A stretch of DNA of 63,968 bases, the filler included. It is 6 parts of 6 records of this genome, joined end to end, with 100 filler letters (N's around TTAATTAATTAA, not from the genome) between each part and the next. Parts side by side here need not be neighbours in the genome. Positions count along the whole stretch, not along the records: positions 1 to 21,408 come from DRR378314_1501; positions 21,509 to 37,176 come from DRR378314_1506; 4 more parts are not named here. One strand, given 5' to 3'. Shown piece by piece: positions 12,845 through 25,100 of the stretch. The notes beneath the pieces are model-generated. The model saw nothing but the letters and a program-made list of their open reading frames with translations, did no database searches and had not been told where the DNA came from. The number at the start of each line of letters is the position of its first letter. Position 1 is the first letter of the stretch. Both the position numbers and the translations under genes were made by a program.

Positions 12845-15611
12845 TTAGATAAGATCAGCAACGTTCATCGGCATCTCTTCGATTTGAGTGTTGTAGAACT
12901 GCTCGATCTCCTTGAGAGCGCGGGCGTCTTCTGCAGTGACAAAGTTGATGGCAACACCCTTGCGGCCGAAACGTCCGGAGCGACCAATGCGATGAAGGTA
13001 GTTCTCACGGTTGGTCGGCAGGTCATAGTTGATGACAAGCGAGACCTGCTGGACATCGATACCGCGGGCAAGAAGATCTGTGGTGATCAGAACGCGCGAC
13101 GATCCCGAGCGGAACTCGCGCATGATAATGTCGCGTTCGCGCTGGTCCATCTCGCCGTGCATGGACGAGACGGTAAAATCACGGGCGTGCATCTTCTCGG
13201 TCAGCCAGTCGACCTTCCTGCGCGTGTTCACGTAGATAATGGCCTGCGTGATCGTCAGCGTCTCGTAGAGATCGCACAGCGTCTCGAGTTTCCACTCCTC
13301 CTTCTCGACGGCAATGTAGAACTGCTTGATACCTTCAAGTGTGAGTTCCTCCTTCTTTACGAGGATGCGCGCGGGCTCGCGCATGAACTGTGTGGTGATT
13401 TCGAGGACCTCTTGCGGCATAGTGGCCGAGAAAAGCCCGACCTGGACCTTGCCAGGGAGGAAGCGGAAGACATCGTAGATCTGATCCTTGAAACCGCGCG
13501 AAAGCATCTCATCTGCCTCATCAAGGACGAAGAGCTTGATGGAATCGGTGCGGAGAGCGCGGCGGTTGATCATATCGTACACACGGCCGGGCGTTCCGAC
13601 AACAATGTGGACGCCTTCCTCGAGAATGCGCATGTCTTCACGGACGTTCGTTCCGCCGACGCACGCGTGGCACTTGGCGTTCATATACTCGCCAAGGGCA
13701 ACAACGACCTTCTGGATCTGCTGCGCAAGCTCGCGCGTGGGCGCAAGAATGAGCGCTTGGCATTCGCTGATTGACGAGTCGATCACCTGAAGCGCGCCGA
13801 CCGTGAAGCAGGCGGTCTTTCCGGTTCCAGACTGCGCCTGGGCGATTGTGTCGTGACTGTCGATGAGCGGCTTGATTCCGCGCTGCTGAATAGCAGACGG
13901 CTTCTCGAAACCGTACGCGAAAATACCACGAAGGAGCTCCTCCTTCAGGTTCATGTCATCGAATGTCTGCACGATTCGAGTATGATGCGGTGCGATCGGA
14001 CGCTGCCGGTGAGAAAGCCGGAAAAGAAGAATGACACGTACTCGCAGGACGACAAACGGGGGGCGAAGAAAAGAAAGGAAACCGTCGTACTAGCGGAGGC
14101 AAAGCAGCCTACAGCAGGCCTTTTTCATGCGCCGCACACTTCGCCTGCCAGCAGAAAACCTGGGAACGCTCTGGGCAGCAGGCAACCCCGACTGCACAGC
14201 CGGATCCAGAGTGCTCGAGCTAGAAAACAACAGCAACAACACACAACTACGGTGGGAATGATCGAACTTGCGATGTGCTTGAGAAGAACCGGCCCAGCAA
14301 GTCCCAAAAGGTGCCAATAAGCCACGTTATCCAGCGCGCGACAAAACGGGGGGCACCCTCCTGCCTGCACGCCAGTGGCGACACTTGCAGCAGAACATGC
14401 TCCACGAGCTCAGCGCAGTGCGAGTTGCATAGCAAAGAGGTTTCATTTCCTATTTGTTTGTGGGAAACTCGCCCTTTCAGGCTGCGAGATTGCTCTAAAT
14501 AATCAAGCGCAATTTGATGTCCCGGAAAGGTTTTGCTGCCCGAGAGAAAGAGAGAGAGCGCGCGCGCGCACGGGCAGCTGCAAAAATGGCAAAGCGCCGC
14601 CTGTGGCTACAACTATTTCCTGCCACCGAACCCTGCTGCCTTTGAGCGCTGAGAAGCACCAGGCAGCGTCGAACATAGGAGCCCATCAAACAACCAAACG
14701 GCCTGCTGACATGAACTCACACGAGCGCTTGTGTCAATTTCTTCTCTACCCATTGCAGAAGCATCAAACTCCTCCGTATACCCGTCGTTCAAGCGGCTTT
14801 ACGCCAGGCGGGAGCAGGTACGGTGCTGCCCTGAGGAAGCTCACGCACTGCCACACAAGCTCGGGCGCGTGCGCCTGCCTTCGGGCGCTCACACACACGC
14901 ACACACACTGCCCCTGAAGAAGTCCCCCCCTTGTGCTGCCAGCGCCTCCTTGCGCGTTCCCGCCGCGTGCACCGCAAAGCGCACCTCGCAGATGTCCACA
15001 ACATTCGAGTCAATTGTGCCAAATCCAGCGTCATCACCAGGCTGGGCGGCAGCAGCGGTATTCGGGTCAGCACTGCCAAGAAAATAAGAAAAACCGAGGA
15101 CGAAGCACGGCAAAAAGTCAGCGAATACGGCAACAGAACCTGCAACAAACGCGGGCGGGAGCGCAACGATGTGCGTGCGTGCAAACACACGACGACCAAG
15201 TTGGCTGGCAAGAGGGAAGTGCGAAAAAGGGGGTCCAAGCACACAAGCTCGCACTGCCGGCAATCACGCCGGGCGCCTCCGCGCACAGGCGCACAACGCC
15301 GTAGCAGCTTTCATCGTCAATCTAACAGCAGGACACACGCAGCTGCCTTATCTTCAGCTGCACACAGTGCACACCAAAAAGAAACGCTGTGCACCGACCA
15401 CCTCTGAGAAACCCTTAGAAGCACATATGGCTGGTGTCACAAAGCGCGAGCACACACGCCGGCCGGCACTCGCATCGGCAACGGGGGGTCCCGTCGTGGC
15501 AGCCGGTCCCAATACAGTGAGCACAGAGTACGCGAACATATTGCAAAGCTTTTGCCACTTTCTACTTGGGCATAGCGATAAAAATAAAATGATGGCAACT
15601 GCATACCTCAT
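12845..15611 (-). CDS. EIF4A: Eukaryotic initiation factor 4A (DEAD-box helicase), 3 coding exons, 404 aa
   Basis: Exons 15611-15607 (ATGAG), 15072-14985, 13966-12845; GT-AG, 1215 nt in frame. Motifs [55 protein letters not shown]. The 5-nt first exon is less certain than the rest. Confidence 0.95.
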
Positions 15612-16001
15612 ACTGAAGTAGTAAGTAAAAGTGGATGGGTCGCGGGGGAAAAAGAGCGCGAAAGGGTAGCGTAAGCGTGTTCGTAATTCCGAAACGGAAA
15701 ATACAGATACTTAGCGGCCGTGTTGCTCGAAGGCGGCCCTGGTAGGTTTCGATGTTGAGTGTCTCCGATTGTTCGCGATTGTGTGACCCTATCATCTCAA
15801 CCTATCGAACAAATCGAACCGTGCAGATGGAAATGTCCAGGAACAGTATATATTGAACAACACCATATCAATGTATCTTCATTCGCTTTGAGCATCCAAA
15901 TATTGATCGGCTGTGGTGCGGGGCCGGTCGACCACTGCTGTAGCGCCCGGCCGCAGCAGCCGCTGCTTGTGGAACCTGCGTTTTCATTTCCACGCGATAG
16001 A

Positions 16002-18330
16002 ATGGTACGTGCGGCGAGGATGGGATGTCGCTGCAGCCCTTCGCCCTCCGGCGTAGGATCCGCGAAAGCTCCCCGCACAGCTGCATGGCGATACATTCCG
16101 CCAGGATCGAATAGAACATGAGTTGTGCGCACCAGAGAGGGGTTGGATCGATTTCGCTTTGTGACGGGGATATGCGCTGCGCGGCCGCGTTGCGCTCGCT
16201 CCCGTGGGGGCCGTAGGAGAGATTGTGTTTGTGCGGTGAGGCAAGCAAGCTTGTTGCTGTGCTGCGCAAACCAGTGTAGAGATAACTCCGCACAGTGCTT
16301 CCACAGTTGAGGCCCGCGTTCGCGCTCCGCGTGAGATGGATATTGCGAACAGATGGCACCATCTTCATAGCGTAAAGTGATAGAGGCGGCGTTGTTTGTT
16401 TGTGTGCAGGCGCAACGCCTTTGCGTGTGTGGCGGCGTGCGGCATATGTCGCAGGCCGCTGGGTTCAGGCGCCGCGAGCCCTTCTGCCGTGTGCACCACA
16501 GGAGGGGGTGCGGTGCAGCTGCAGGCGAGCGCGCGCGCAGCCGCTGCAGCGCTGGAACGCAGCGCGCGGCTCTGGTGCCGCACCTTCGTCACGTGCGCCT
16601 CCAAGCGCTCACTTTTCCGCGCGTATCGTTTCCAAAAAATAATGTTTGCGATCATGTGCAGGGAGCCAAGGAACAAAAGACTAAGGAGCAAAAGGCGAAG
16701 GCCGCCATGGCTGGTGGCCGGGCCCGCAAGAAGGTTCGTACGTACGGCAGTCGTTGCTCTGCGGGGCACCACCGCACAAGAGGCACTTTCTGCGTGGCAA
16801 GCGCAGAGCCTCGCCCCAGGGGGCCCTGCAAAGCCGCTGCGCTGCGGCGCGCGTGGTGCGCGTACACTCGGTCATGTTTGCTCCGAATCGCTTAGCGCAC
16901 GCATCGCTTGCCGCTTGCGGCAAGGGACACGCGATGTCTAGCATTATGTTGTGTTTGCGATGTCGATAGGAATGTAACTTGCCGCAGCAGCCTCGGGTTC
17001 AACCAGCAATTGGGCCCACGATGGTTTCTCGCTTGTGCGTGCTGTGGGCTTCTGCTGTTGTGCCAGTGTGCACTGTGCATCGGGCGCGTGCGCAACGCCA
17101 CGCCCCTGGAGTTGTGTGTGGTTTCCCCCCTTCACCATGCTTCCGTTGCTGAATTGCGCCCTCATGAACTTTCCTTTGATTGATAATGGTTTTGATTGAA
17201 AAGTTTGGCTTCTCTGCATCTCGTGTTTTTTTTTGGGGGGGTGGCAGCACAGAGTGGGGATGGGGCGGCCCGGTAGAGTCACCCTCGTGCTGCCCCGTGC
17301 GCTTGAGCTTGTCGCGCTGCTGGCGCAATGCTCCAGGGGGCCGCGCTGTTCTTGACGCACACTGCTACGAAGGCGAGAGCCCGCCAGACGTGCCACCGCG
17401 CACGAAGCTTCCTGTGCTCAGACGTCTGAGAGTAGTGTGTGAAAGTTGTTCGCTTACATGCGCCTGTTACAGCGCTCGCATAGGCTTTTTCGTGGAATGC
17501 CTGCTATTCGACCACGTGCATGTTTTCGGGGACGGTTGTAAGCAGCCGGAAGTACATCGCTGCGCACGCTGTTGCGCTGAAGGAGACGCGCTGCTGAACG
17601 CGGACCACGGGCGCGTTTGCTAGCGGCCCCGAGCTTATCCGTGCAAACTTGTACTCCGCAGTAGAAACTGTCGCTCACCCCCAAACGCAATTTGCGTGCT
17701 TTTTTTCCACTTGCTCCGCGCGCGAGTAGAAGTGGTCCAAGGGAAAGACCAAGGAGAACGCCAACCGCCTCGTCGTCATTGAGCAGGAGCTCTACGACAA
17801 GATCGAGAAGGAAGTTCCGAAGTACAAGCTCATCACCACGTCTATCCTCATCGAACGCATGGGCGTCAACGGCTCCGTTGCCCGCCGCTGGTACGATATA
17901 CCTTCTTGCGTGTATCTGCGCAAAGAAAGGAATGCCGCCATTCACCGTGGGGCGCCGCACACCGGACATAGTGCAGCATCTGAAGAAGGCCCTGGGGCCC
18001 TTGCGCAACGATGACCTGGGGCTTGCCACCTCTGGAAGCCGTCCAGGGCGCGCTGCAGGCGTTAGCAGAAGCCAGGTGTATCCTCAGAGAGTCACTGTGT
18101 CGATGCCGGGCTTTGGTCTCGAATTTCATGGCGATCTCTCTCGCTAAACTGCGTGCATTCGCGGTGTTGCTCACTGTCTTCCGTTGTGGATTGCCATGCC
18201 TGTGCGTGCATGTCGCGCGTGCGCCGTTGTTATGCGCAACAGCATTCAGGAGCTCGCCGGAAAGGGCCTCATCCGCCCCGTGTCGACGAACAGCTCGCAG
18301 CTCATCTACACTCGCGCGACAACGCAGTAA
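16002..18330 (+). CDS. RPS25: 40S ribosomal protein eS25, 4 coding exons, 107 aa (not in the ORF track)
   Basis: Exons 16002-16004 (ATG), 16662-16733, 17730-17890, 18243-18330 give [77 protein letters not shown]. All GT-AG, 324 nt. Confidence 0.92.
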
Positions 18331-18531
18331 AGTGTGCCTCCTCTGCCATGCGGAACAGCAGCGGACCTAGCTACCTGCGCTTTATAGCTGGGTTGCGGGG
18401 AGCGTTTGCTCTTGTGTGCGAGCATGGCCTGGCAGGGAGCTTCTCCCGCTTTATTGGAAATGAAAAACGAATCGCATTGCCTCCAGCGCTACACCATTCA
18501 CCGGTTCTTATTTTTTTTCTTCTTATTTTTG

Positions 18532-20997
18532 CTATTGAGCTGGGACACCTTCGAGCGCGCCCGTGCACAGCGGGCAGCGAGCTCGGCCTTTCAATGATAG
18601 AGCCTCCGCCTCGTCTTCTGATACCATACCGTGGCAGAGCGTGCACTGCAGTATGCGGACTTCGGGCGCCATGTTTTTGTAAAAGATCCTCTTGCCTCTG
18701 CTACAAACACAGAATACCTGCACGAGTGCGTGATTCGCAGCGGCAATGGCACGTCAACAAAACTGTGGGAGGCCGCAGCACTGCACCTGCTCCCCCTTGA
18801 AGTAAATAAAAAAACCAAGCAAATTTGCTCGCTCCTTCACGGAGCGCACCGATCGTGACAAGAGAAACGTAAAGTGCACCATGCTTTCCACGGGAGAGGA
18901 GAGAAGAAAGCGACAGTGTCTATGTGCAGGCGTGACCACACTCGAACTTGTCAAACTGCGACAGCAGGTGGATCGACATGTGGCCGTTGCTTCACGATCA
19001 CTGAGCGAGTAGCACGGCGAAAGCTAAAAGGTGCGATATGAAACCATCTCCAGACTTGACGTCATTGCGAGGCAAGAGGCCCCGGGTGGCGACGATGGTA
19101 ACCAATGACAGGCGGTCGAGTGGCTTAATAACGTGTACTGTTAGAAGAACTTTGAGGATCACGAATGCGCAACCTCGCCCTCTCCCAGCCCCCGGGTTCC
19201 GCCGCGCGAAAGGCGACAATACGGGTCACACCAAGCAACAAAAGGGGAGTGTACTGTGTCATAAATTGTATGCAATAGTTGTGGTGTGTTAGCGAGGACA
19301 CTTGCGCTGAACTCTTGCTCACGTATCCAAAAACAATACCTTGCACCGCGGCCACAAGTCGTGCGGACCAAGCAACGCGTTGGTGGCATATGCAGAACAC
19401 CAGCTTGCTATCATGCCCCGACCATAAAACAATGTGCGTCTGTACCGGAGATGCATACCTCTGCTGCATGCAAGGCGGCAAGTACATCTCGCCCTGCGAC
19501 AAAGGTGCGTGCACTTCCATCGCTGTGCTCGTCAAATTCTGCCAGCTTTCGAGAAAATATATCGCTTTCCAAATCGTCAGCCGCATTCTGCATCGCTGTG
19601 AGTTCCAACACATCCGCGCCGCCTCTGTGTGTTTCCTCCACGACCTGCGGGCCCCCAACTTTGGCCTGTATGGGGAGAACAGAAAAGAGTGCAGAGCACA
19701 CCGTATAAGCCATGCGAGGCGAGACGAGATTGTAAGGAGGTGCAAGCAGTTTCCAGCGCCGGAAGCGAAATGAAAACCGCTAGTACGCCGTGTAGAATGC
19801 TACGCGTTGCCTCGAGGCATGCAAGCTGTGTACTGCACCGCACAGTTTCAATGGTGTCTGCCAACTACTCATTTGAGTGTAATAAAAACGGAAAATCCTT
19901 CTCTGCGCTATGGTGTTCACGCTGCAGCTTCTTGGCGTGCTGGATGAGCTTTGCGAGAGTGTGTTGACACATCAGTAGCCGCTTTGAATTACGTTGCGAT
20001 CGAATTGCTTCTCGTGGCATACGCATGGGACTCCCGACGACTGTGCGTACCTCATTACGTTTCAATAATTCGGTGATCTCCTCAAACTTAATGGCACTAT
20101 CCACAGTAAATTCAATACATGGAAGGGGCTCAAAGGTCGCCATCGAGATGACAATCGTCTGGCGGCAGGATGGGCACTTCGGAGGAAAGGAGTCGTAGAC
20201 ACGCGGCAGAGCACTTGTGCAGCGATAGCATATCCTCTCCCCGTCCTACACAAACCCGAGTAGGAATGCGGCAAAACGAGTTACGCTGAGATCCACTGTC
20301 CCACGATGCGTGCATGTACACATCCTCATTATTGCTGGGCCCAATGGTCTCGATTGCTCGGATTTTTTTCCCACACAAAAGCCGTTCGCCAAAATGCTCG
20401 GCAAAAGGCTGACCGCAAAGCTCTGAGCAGGACTTTGCGCCGTCTCGCGGGGACAGAACACTCAGTTTCATGTCAGAAGGACCAGAATCGTATTATCAGT
20501 AACCACACTGCTTCGTGCATGCGAAGAAACTTTAGGACACATTCTGCTAACGTGCGTGCAAGGTGTGCAATTTACACTCTATCAGTCCACATCCGTACCG
20601 CCCCGCGAAAAGCGATCAACGCCTCTCTGCTCCGCGAGCTGCCCACACGTTACTACTTCTCACAATTGTGTGCCCTTGCAAGGAAATAACTCTGGTATCT
20701 TATATTGCGTGCTTGAGGAATAAGGATCATCCACGGTAGCGCGGGTGTGCGTGCCCATAAAGGGCTGCGAAACCGGCTCGAGGCGAAAATCGACGAGTTG
20801 CTTTCAACGGAAGCGAACAGCGCACGCACCTCTGAGTCCGAAAACGGTCTCGAAGCCATGAACAAGTACTGCATATCCATCTCATCTTGCCACTCAGGTG
20901 GCATCATGTAGTCCCGTATCTTCGCCAGTGCCATGCGGGCGAGTTTATACTCTCCCACCTTGTCGCCAAGGCGAGCAACGGTGTACAACACCGCACT
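18532..20997 (-). CDS. IFT122: Intraflagellar transport protein 122, C-terminal four exons (5' part missing)
   Basis: Exons 20997-20830, 20245-20051, 19665-19459, 18717-18532, all phase 0 GT-AG. Peptides VLYTVARLG..YKLARMALAKIR..SRPFSDSE, ICYRC..CPSCRQ..TFEPLPCIEF and QCTLC..RCPLC match the IFT122 C-terminal Zn-ribbon region. Confidence 0.85.
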
Positions 20998-21383
20998 CTG
21001 TGTGATAGGGCCGCACCAAAAAGGCAGGATTCATGGCCGCAGAATTAGATGGCGCGCGATATACATACAAATGGGTGAAGCAGATACGCTCATCCTACAC
21101 GCCAATATCCTTTCTGGAACTAGAATGAGCGAGTTGTCGATCGCGAGCGCATCCTATGGTTCAGCTGCTTGTGGCATAGCACCCTCCCCTCCCCGCTTGG
21201 GAAGTGTGTTCGTGGGGCGGAAGGCACAATACGTACTCCCAAATACAACGAAGAAGAGCCTGTTCTTTCTGCTGCACCCTCGTCATTGCCACCTCCTGAT
21301 AGGTACAACGAACGAAATCCATAAATTTTCTATACTGTTTGAAATTATTCTTCCGGAATGTGGGCCATAGCGTGCTTCGAGAC

Positions 21384-21408
21384 GAGAGAGAGAGAGAGAG
21401 AGAGAGAG
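21384..21408. repeat. (GA)n microsatellite at contig end
   Basis: About 12 GA units running into the N gap. Confidence 0.9.
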
Positions 21409-21508
21409 NNNNNNNNNNNNNNNNNNNNNNNNNNNNNNNNNNNNNNNNNNNNTTAATTAATTAANNNNNNNNNNNNNNNNNNNNNNNNNNNNNNNNNNNN
21501 NNNNNNNN
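21409..21508. other. Artificial contig-joining spacer
   Basis: N run, TTAATTAATTAA (stops in all six frames), N run; 100 nt; same design at five places. Confidence 0.98.
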
Positions 21509-22138
21509 ATTCTTATTCTGGGAAAAAGGGAAAGGCAAGCGGAGCAGAGAGCGTGTCGTCACCTCGTCTTCTTGTGCTCGCAGGGTCCGCTGCAGACCTA
21601 GTCCCTGCACTCGTACACGATCCCGAGTCGCGCGAAACCTTTTTGTTTGTCTGGGTAAAAATCGCGCCACTTTCGATGAGTATCGCGAGAAATCGCTTGA
21701 TTTCTCGCAGGGTGCATAATGTAGGCCGGTAGTCCCTTTGCGTGCGCGCACGCGCGCATTTCTGTGCTCAGCACGCGCTCTGTTGGCTCCGGCGCTGTGG
21801 CAGTTGGACGGGAATCCCCAGTCGCCAGGCTTCATACAGCTGCGGGGGGAGAACACAGTCTTTCGTCGCACGCGCCCGAGAGCTCCTTGGTATATGCAGA
21901 GCATGTATTTGCGTACGAATGACAAGGTGTACAGCCGGGTCGGTGCTATGCAGCGCTCTGCGTATGTAGCGCAGCGGCGCGCTCCGAGGCGACCCACCGC
22001 GCGCCTCGCCTCAGCCTGCTGCGTATCCAGCCTGACATGCACGACGTACCTCCCCCCCTCAGCTCTGCGTTCGTATGGCTACTCTGATACTAACTGTATA
22101 CTTCATATACTGTTCTCTACACTGCGCGCGTGCTGCAG

Positions 22139-25100
22139 GGGGCAGGAACTCATCGCTGCCCCGGTCGAGGTCGGGAGCGGACGGAGCGGCGTCGGCGCGA
22201 CAGCGGGAACGCTGCTCGACGTGCTCGAGGCGTTCTCGGTCGCCGGCGGCAGTGTATCGCAAGCGTTTCCGAAGCCGATTCGCGACAGCGCGCGCGCTCT
22301 AGCCGCGGCGCTCCTCGATAGCAGCGACGATGCAGATCTGCCTGGCGTAGACGAGGCGGCCGTAGGTGGGAAAATTGACTTGGAGGCGCTGGTGCGCGAC
22401 TGCAAAAAGCTAGCGGAACACCCGCGCGTTCGCGCCCAGAAGCTCGCTGCGCGCGGCCTCACGGCCGAGCTGCGCCTCTGGGAGCGCGTGGCGGCGACAG
22501 CCGACGTCCTCACCGCGCGCGCGAAAGACGCCGAGCGCACCGCCGCGCCCGCGCAGCGCGCCCGACTGCGCACCGCCGGCCGCGACGTGGCCGCGCTCAC
22601 GAATCATGCGCGCCGCGCCGTGCAGTGGCTCACTCCGCTGCATATGGCCTGGTCAGCGCTCACCGCGCTTGCGGAGCAGCCCGAGCAGGGCGAGACGGCC
22701 GCTGGGCGCGTGTCGCAGTCGATTGCGGAGCACGTGGTCGCCGCGCTCAACGCCGCCTCGTCGGAGCTCTCGCGCGCTGCGCGTCACTGCGAAGCGTCGG
22801 CGCCGCCGGTCGTGCTTCCGCCGCAGCGCGCGTTCGGCGCCGTGCTGGCGCTGGAGAGCGCTACTGTGGCCGCTGCAGCGGCTGCCTTGTCGCGCTACCA
22901 GCTCCTCACCGCCGATGGAAAGAGCTTCACCGCGTGCAAAGACGCCGTGAGCTCGCTGCACACGCTGGTGAGCGACAGGATCCTCAGCGCGCGCACCGCG
23001 CTCGACTCGCACGAACGCGCCGTCGACGGCTCCGGGACGATCAGCACCGGCAGCACCGGCAGCGCAGACCGCGCGCCGCTGCCGCCGTACCAACCGAAGC
23101 TCTCGCTGTCGCACCAGCTCAAGAGCCGCGTGGCACAGATCGAGAATATCCGCAGCGAGCACGAGCGCGCAACTGCGGTGCTCTCTCGGGCAGCGCGTGA
23201 TGCGATGAGCGTCACCGCGGCGTACTCGCGCCTAACCGCTGTGCTGGCGCAGAGCACCGGACGACACGGAATCACGCTGGCGTTTGATCTCGCGGAGAGC
23301 GGTGCGGAGCGTTTTCGCAGTGCTGTGAGAAACTTTGACGACGCCGTGCACGACGCGCTGCGCGCGTGCTCGCTGGATGTCGAGAAACAGCTGCGCACTG
23401 CGCGCTCGGTCGCCGCGCGCGAGCGCCTCGTGCTGCGCTTCGCGCCCGTGCTCGCTGCGGCGGACACGCAGCTGCTCGCGCTCGTGCTCGCGGACGTGGA
23501 CGCGCTCGCGAGCACGCTGGACCGCGATGCGGGCGCAGACGCCGATGCCGACGCCAGCGCGTCCGCCCGGAGCCACACGGCGCGATCGAGCGCGAACACC
23601 GACGCCGCCGCGCTCGCTGGAACGCCGCTGGCGCCGTCGGGCACCGCGGCGCGCGCCGCCGCTGCGCTCGCTCACCGCGCATCGTCGGTGCGCGAGCGCG
23701 CCGACCGTCTCGTGCGCGCGCTCGAGTCCGCGCTGCACCAGTCGCTCGACGCGCCGGAACTGACGCGCTGCCGCGAAGCGTGCGATCGCGCGATGAACCG
23801 CGCGCGCGCCGCGTGGGCGCGCGAGGTGCGCGAAGCCGTCGCGGCGTTTGATCCCGAGAGCCCCGTGCTCGACCGCCGCGCGCCGCCGCGCCCCGGCTGC
23901 GCGGCGGTCGTCGTGCGCGCGTCGCGCGACGAGCGCGCCGTGGCCGCGGCGCTGCGCGACCACCACGTGCGACTCCCCGAGCACGTCCCCGCCGAGCTCG
24001 TCCGCAGCGCGGCGGCAGCGGCGCGCGCGCTCGCGTCCGCGGCGGCAGCGCTCGCGCGTGAGCCCCTGGCCGCCGCCGCCGTGCAGCGCGAGCACGCCGA
24101 GGTCGCGGCGGCGGTGCGCACGTGCCAGGCGACGCCCTGGCGCAGCGACAGCGCCGCGTCGCACATCAAGTCGCTGACAGCGGCCGCGGCGGCGCTCGAG
24201 CGCGCGGCGCGAACGTGCGGCGCGGCGGCGACCAGCGCGCGCGCCGCCGCGCTCGCCGTGCTGCGCAGCGTGCCGAGTGCCGTGGGCGGTCCAGGCGCCG
24301 CGTCCGGCGCCGCCCACAGCGCGCTCGCGGCCTTTCCCGAGCGCCTCAACGACGCGCTGCAGCGCGTGACGAATCCGGTGTCGCGCGCGTCGCTGCGCAG
24401 TGAGATCGCTGCGCTTTTGACGCGCGGCGCCGCCGAAGTCGCGACGAGCGTCGCCGAGAGCGCCGCCGCGCCCGTTCGCGTAACGGTTGCGCTTGCGGGC
24501 GGAGGGAGCTCGCCGGTGCGCTGCGTCCCGTCACTCGCGGCCGCGCGCCGCATCGTACTCTTCCGCGTCGCCGCCGCAGTGTCGCACGTGCTGAGTGCCG
24601 CGAGAAGCGCGCGCGTTCCTACTGCTTTGTCGCGCGACGCAGCTGCCGCAGCTTTCGCCGCGGTCGAAGCCGCGCTGCGCCGCGCCGCCGCGACCGCTGC
24701 GCCACTCGCAGCCGCGGCGGCCGAGGCAGCGGCACTGTCGGACGCCGCGTCGCACATGAAACGCGACGACGGCGGCGACGACGGCGGCGACGACGACGAC
24801 GATCGCGGTGCCGGTGGCGCGCTCACGCACGTGGGGAGCACGGTAGAGCGGGTGGCGGCGCTCGCGCGTCGCGTCAACGAGGGTCGCGCAGCCGCGTCGG
24901 CCATGGCGGGCGCTGCCGTACCGCTCACAGACGCAGACGCCACCGTCGCCACGCACGCAGGCGTTTTGTGCGGATGCGGTATCATGATGTCCGTGCGCGG
25001 CGCCTGGGACGGCGCGGCAGCGCGTGTCGCTGCGCTACGCGGGACAGTCGTGGCGCCAGCGGCCGTAGCGCTCGCGCGCGCGACGGCGCGCGCCCTCGCC

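Noticed and set aside
17426..17445. Hammerhead-like CTGA..GAAA
   Set aside because: The core is CTGAGAG rather than CTGANGA and there is no stem II.
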